Assembly (NCBI GenBank): GCA_963840455.1
Contig: CAWIYV010000008.1
Location: 31,977-95,976 of the forward strand
Origin: Nitrospirota bacterium
GTDB lineage: Bacteria; Nitrospirota; UBA9217
Reading direction: 5' to 3'
Length of the DNA stretch: 64,000 nucleotides
The position numbers and the translations under genes are program-made. Shown piece after piece: positions 60,213 to 64,000 of this stretch (its first letter is position 1; every line of letters begins with the position of its first letter). Under the pieces are notes generated by a model. The model made no database searches, had not been told where the DNA came from, and saw nothing but the letters and a program-made list of their open reading frames with translations.

Positions 60213-60611
60213 ATGAAACAGGGAAAGGTGCTTTTGGCTGACAACCACCAGACCATGCTCGAAGGCGTCCGGAATCTCCTGGAGAATATGTTTGATACGG
60301 TCTTTATGGTCGCCGATGAGGCCTCTCTCATGGAAGCAGCTGAAAAGCTGAAACCCGACCTCATTGTGGCGGACCTCTCGCTGCCGGTCACGAAGGAGAT
60401 CAACATCGTGCGGCGTCTAAAGACGGCTTTTCCCGACATCAAGCTCATCATCCTGAGCATCCATGACGAGCGGGCAGCCGTCAGCGAGTGCATCGAAGCG
60501 GGGGCCGGCGGTGTTGTTCTCAAGCGCATGGCGGTGGATGACCTCATCCCGGCGGTCGAGTCTGTCTTGAAGGGCGGTACTTATGTATCGCCATCGGCCG
60601 TGCAGATATAA
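60213..60611 (+). CDS. Single-domain response regulator receiver
   Basis: 'LLADNH', 'DLSLP'; no output domain. Confidence 0.85.
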   Translation: MKQGKVLLADNHQTMLEGVRNLLENMFDTVFMVADEASLMEAAEKLKPDLIVADLSLPVTKEINIVRRLKTAFPDIKLIILSIHDERAAVSECIEAGAGGVVLKRMAVDDLIPAVESVLKGGTYVSPSAVQI

Positions 60612-60641
60612 AAAATCATCGTCTGAGGGTAGGAAAAAAGT

Positions 60642-61853
60642 ATGAAAAATCTTGAGCTGATGCAGCTAACAGAGGACATATCTTCGTTCAGGACTCACCG
60701 ACATTCAACGAACATTGCCCTGCATAGCACTGCGGCTGGCGACGGACAGGCATACATCGTGGCTTCGGTCCTTCGTGACGAGGATCCCGCCACGGCGGCG
60801 CGGAAATTGTATTGCATGGTCGCAGAGGTACTGCAGAACAGACGCATGACGATCGTTCACGAACGAATATTCGGAAATCTGAGCGTCAAAGCCGCGGTGC
60901 TTCGTGAGCGGAAGGTTGCGCTCTCCGGGCGGCAGATCCCTGCATACGGTGCCGTTACCTATGTTGAAGGCAATCCAACCTGGGGAGAGGGCTTTTCCGG
61001 GGTAATCATTCACGCGGTATCGTCTGATGGTGCAGATGATGTCTGGACCATTATGGATGGGGAAGCCCCCTGCGGACGCGGATGGCGCAGGAGCGGAACA
61101 ACATATCTTCTGCTGCAGAACATTCAGGGAAAGGCAGGCACCAGGCCCGGACAGGTGCGGGCGATCCTTGCCCGCGCCGAAGGCATTCTCCGCCGGAACG
61201 GAGCGTCCTACAAGGATGTAGCGCGAACATGGTTCTATCTCTCCGGAATATTGGACTGGTATCCGGAATTCAACAAGGCACGGAGCGAAAAATACGGGGA
61301 GTTCGGCATCATGCCCGGTCCCGGCGACACCAGGCTTCTGCTTCCTGCTAGCACCGGCATAGGCGCGAATACGGCGTCAGGCGCGGCAGCCTCAATGGAC
61401 CTGCTGGCTGTTATGGAAAACGGTGATATGCCCTCGCCGGTACGAAAGATGACCAACAGAAAACAGCTCGATGCCTTCCGTTACGGAGCAGCATTCTCGC
61501 GCGGGGCTGTCATCGAGGCAGATGATGTAAAGCTCATCCAGGTTTCGGGCACCGCAGCCATAGATGAGCATGGCGTGAGCCTCTATACCGGCGATATCCG
61601 CGCACAGATCAACTGCACACTGGACAAGATAGATTCACTGCTTGGACAGGAAGGGGCGGACCTCAGGAATATCGCTGCAGCCACTGTGTTTGTGAAAAGA
61701 CCGGAATATGCTTCGATCTTTTGGAAAATGGCTGCTGACCGAGGGTTTGCGGATTTCCCGGCTATCTGTGTTGTTGCTGATGTATGCAGGGAGGGGTTGC
61801 TTTTTGAGATCGATGCAGAGGCTGCTGTGAGAAAGGAATCAACATGCGCGTAG
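60642..61853 (+). CDS. Tandem Rid/YjgF-fold protein (FkbO/Hyg5 chorismatase-like)
   Basis: 'RTWFY', 'PASTGIG', 'FSRG', 'VSGTAAID', 'ADVCR..LLFEIDA'. Confidence 0.75.
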   Translation: MKNLELMQLTEDISSFRTHRHSTNIALHSTAAGDGQAYIVASVLRDEDPATAARKLYCMVAEVLQNRRMTIVHERIFGNLSVKAAVLRERKVALSGRQIPAYGAVTYVEGNPTWGEGFSGVIIHAVSSDGADDVWTIMDGEAPCGRGWRRSGTTYLLLQNIQGKAGTRPGQVRAILARAEGILRRNGASYKDVARTWFYLSGILDWYPEFNKARSEKYGEFGIMPGPGDTRLLLPASTGIGANTASGAAASMDLLAVMENGDMPSPVRKMTNRKQLDAFRYGAAFSRGAVIEADDVKLIQVSGTAAIDEHGVSLYTGDIRAQINCTLDKIDSLLGQEGADLRNIAAATVFVKRPEYASIFWKMAADRGFADFPAICVVADVCREGLLFEIDAEAAVRKESTCA

Positions 61854-64000
61854 TCCAAATCCTATTCATCATCTGTTTGTCCTTCTCGCTACTGGCACAT
61901 GCTGAAGAAAAACAAACCGCCCCCTACGCCGGCTCTTCAAGCTGCCGTGAGTGCCATGAGAAGTTCTACCAGCTCTGGTCCACGTCCAAGCACGGACTTG
62001 CCATGCAGCCCTACACGCTGGGATTCGCCGCCATCCAGCTCAGGTCGCATCAGGGTGAGATCATGATCGGCAAGGAGAAATACCGCGCCGATATCGTCGA
62101 AGGCGTGGTGATCGAGACGCGTGAAAAGGTGGTGACGAAATACAAGATCGAGCATGTGCTGGGAGGCAAGAATGTCTACTACTTCCTCACGCCCTTCAAA
62201 AAGGGGAGGCTCCAGACCCTGCCCATTGCCTATGACGTCAACAAGAAGGAGTGGTTCGACACCGCTGCCAGCGGCATGCGCCACTTCCCAGGAGGGGAGC
62301 AGGGCCAGGCAGTCGCCTGGAGGGAATACCCCTACACTTTCAATACCGCCTGCTACAGCTGCCACGTGAGCCAGCTCTCGACCAACTACGATCAAAAGAC
62401 CGACACCTACCACACGACCTGGTCCGAGCCGGGCATCAACTGTGAGACCTGCCATGGCTCGGCGATCGAGCACAACAAGATCGCGAAGGCCACGCCCAAG
62501 GGCCAGCCGCTTCCGGAACTTCGGATCATCCGCACCAAGACCATGACGAAGGTGCAGAGGAACGACCTCTGCTCGAGCTGCCATGCGAAGGCAAGTCCGC
62601 TGACCCTGGAGTACCAGCCCGAGGATCGGTTCTATGACCACTTTGACCTCGTGACCCTGGAGGACCCGGATTACTACGTTGACGGGCGGGATCTGGGAGA
62701 GAACTACACGCTCACCTCGTGGAGCATGAGCCCCTGTGCAAAATCCGGCAAGATCGATTGCATGCACTGTCATACATCCAGCGGCCGCTACCGGTTCAGG
62801 AAGGAGAAGTTCAACAACGCCTGTCTACCCTGCCATGAGGCCAGGGTCAACAACCCGACAGAGCATACGCATCATCTCGCGGAAAGCGAGGGAAGCAAGT
62901 GCATCTCCTGCCACATGCCCATGACCGCTTTCGCGCGGATGAACCGGAGCGACCACTCGATGCTTCCGCCGACACCGGCAGCGACCCTTGTCTACAAGTC
63001 GCCCAATGCCTGCAACATCTGCCACAAGGACAAGGACGGGTCATGGGCCGACAAATATGTACGGCAGTGGCGCACCCGGGACTACCAGGCAGCGGTCCTG
63101 AAACGCGCGGCACTTATTGACGCGGCCCGCAAACGGGACTGGACGAAGCTGCCGGAGATGCTTGCTTACATTAGCGACCCCAAGCACGACGAGATCTTCG
63201 CCACCTCGCTCATCAGGCTCATTCCACCATCGCAGGACCAGGCGGTCCTTACGGCGTTGCTCATGGCGGCCAAGGACCCATCGCCCCTCGTTCGTGGCGC
63301 AGCTGTCCAGGCACTGGGACTGGTGCCGACCACAGAAAACCTCAAGGCCCTGGTCGAAGCAACGGGAGATGACTATAAGTTGGTGAGGGTTCGGGCGGCA
63401 GCAGGGATCGCGGCATTCCCGAGAATGACCACCCCTCCTGCCTATCAGGAGCAGCTCAAGAGGGCGAACGACGAGTATCTCGCGTCCATCACAGCACGGC
63501 CTGACCAGTGGACGTCCCATTACAACATGGGCAACTACCAGCTCAGCCAGGGCGAGACGAAGAAAGCCGTGGCCTCCTATCAGGCAGCGCTGAAACTCGA
63601 TCCCCAGGCGATCATGGCGATGGTGAATACGTCCATCGCCTATGCCCAGATGGGCGAGAACGACAAAGCTGAGCGGTCTTTGCAGAAGGCGCTCAAGCAG
63701 GCTCCTGACAATGCTGCAGCGAACTTCAACATGGGCCTTCTGAAGGCGGAGAAGAACGAACCCAGACAGGCCGAGAAGTATCTCAAGAAAGCATTCAAGG
63801 CCGATCCCCAGATGGCGCAGGCGGCCTATAACCTCTGCATCATCATCGCAAAAGACCGGATCAACGAGGCGGTGACCTGGTGCAGGAAGGCCTCGGACCT
63901 CAGGCCGCAGGAACCGAAATATGCCTATACCCTTGCCTTCTATCTCAATCAGAAGGGCGAGAAGGCCGAGGCGGTAAAGATCTTAAAGCCGATCGTCGAG
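61844..64000 (+). CDS. Octaheme c-type cytochrome with HEAT and TPR repeats (3'-truncated; absent from ORF track)
   Basis: RBS AAGGA, Sec signal, CRECH, CYSCH, CETCH, CSSCH, CMHCH, CLPCH, CISCH, CNICH; 'DPSPLVR..A' HEAT; TPRs; frame open to window end. Confidence 0.9.
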   Translation, partial: MRVVQILFIICLSFSLLAHAEEKQTAPYAGSSSCRECHEKFYQLWSTSKHGLAMQPYTLGFAAIQLRSHQGEIMIGKEKYRADIVEGVVIETREKVVTKYKIEHVLGGKNVYYFLTPFKKGRLQTLPIAYDVNKKEWFDTAASGMRHFPGGEQGQAVAWREYPYTFNTACYSCHVSQLSTNYDQKTDTYHTTWSEPGINCETCHGSAIEHNKIAKATPKGQPLPELRIIRTKTMTKVQRNDLCSSCHAKASPLTLEYQPEDRFYDHFDLVTLEDPDYYVDGRDLGENYTLTSWSMSPCAKSGKIDCMHCHTSSGRYRFRKEKFNNACLPCHEARVNNPTEHTHHLAESEGSKCISCHMPMTAFARMNRSDHSMLPPTPAATLVYKSPNACNICHKDKDGSWADKYVRQWRTRDYQAAVLKRAALIDAARKRDWTKLPEMLAYISDPKHDEIFATSLIRLIPPSQDQAVLTALLMAAKDPSPLVRGAAVQALGLVPTTENLKALVEATGDDYKLVRVRAAAGIAAFPRMTTPPAYQEQLKRANDEYLASITARPDQWTSHYNMGNYQLSQGETKKAVASYQAALKLDPQAIMAMVNTSIAYAQMGENDKAERSLQKALKQAPDNAAANFNMGLLKAEKNEPRQAEKYLKKAFKADPQMAQAAYNLCIIIAKDRINEAVTWCRKASDLRPQEPKYAYTLAFYLNQKGEKAEAVKILKPIVE

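Overview
GC-rich bacterial chromosomal segment with almost all genes on the + strand. Gene content (gatC-panD-gatA order, Geobacter-type Pul/Oxp secretion genes, multiheme cytochromes) suggests an anaerobic Nitrospirota- or Desulfobacterota-like organism (inference). 1-17.5 kb is core: T2SS/T4P-like pilMNO-secretin-pseudopilin cluster, DUF502-glmU-glmS-pcrA-gatC-panD-gatA-gatB and a SurA-N protein. 18-24.5 kb holds an M20 peptidase, pcm and a spermidine-synthase-like membrane methyltransferase. 25-48 kb is an envelope island of lipoproteins, outer-membrane beta-barrels and lipid-remodelling enzymes (PLD, MscS, cis/trans isomerase, OMPLA), with a truncated IS and several frameshifts that are probably assembly errors. 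48.5-49.4 kb is a Tat-exported diheme C-GCAxxG-C-C protein with an in-frame UGA and a SECIS-like hairpin (candidate selenoprotein, split in the ORF track). 51.8-57.2 kb is a glycolytic cluster (ppgK, pfk, pyk remnant, gpmA) with a two-subunit AOR-family oxidoreductase, likely a GAP:ferredoxin oxidoreductase bypass. 57-64 kb holds a two-component system, a Rid-fold protein and an octaheme HEAT/TPR cytochrome missing from the ORF track. At least two families of structured intergenic repeats recur: a ~100-110 bp IS200/IS605-end-like element and a ~185 bp element with compensatory base changes.
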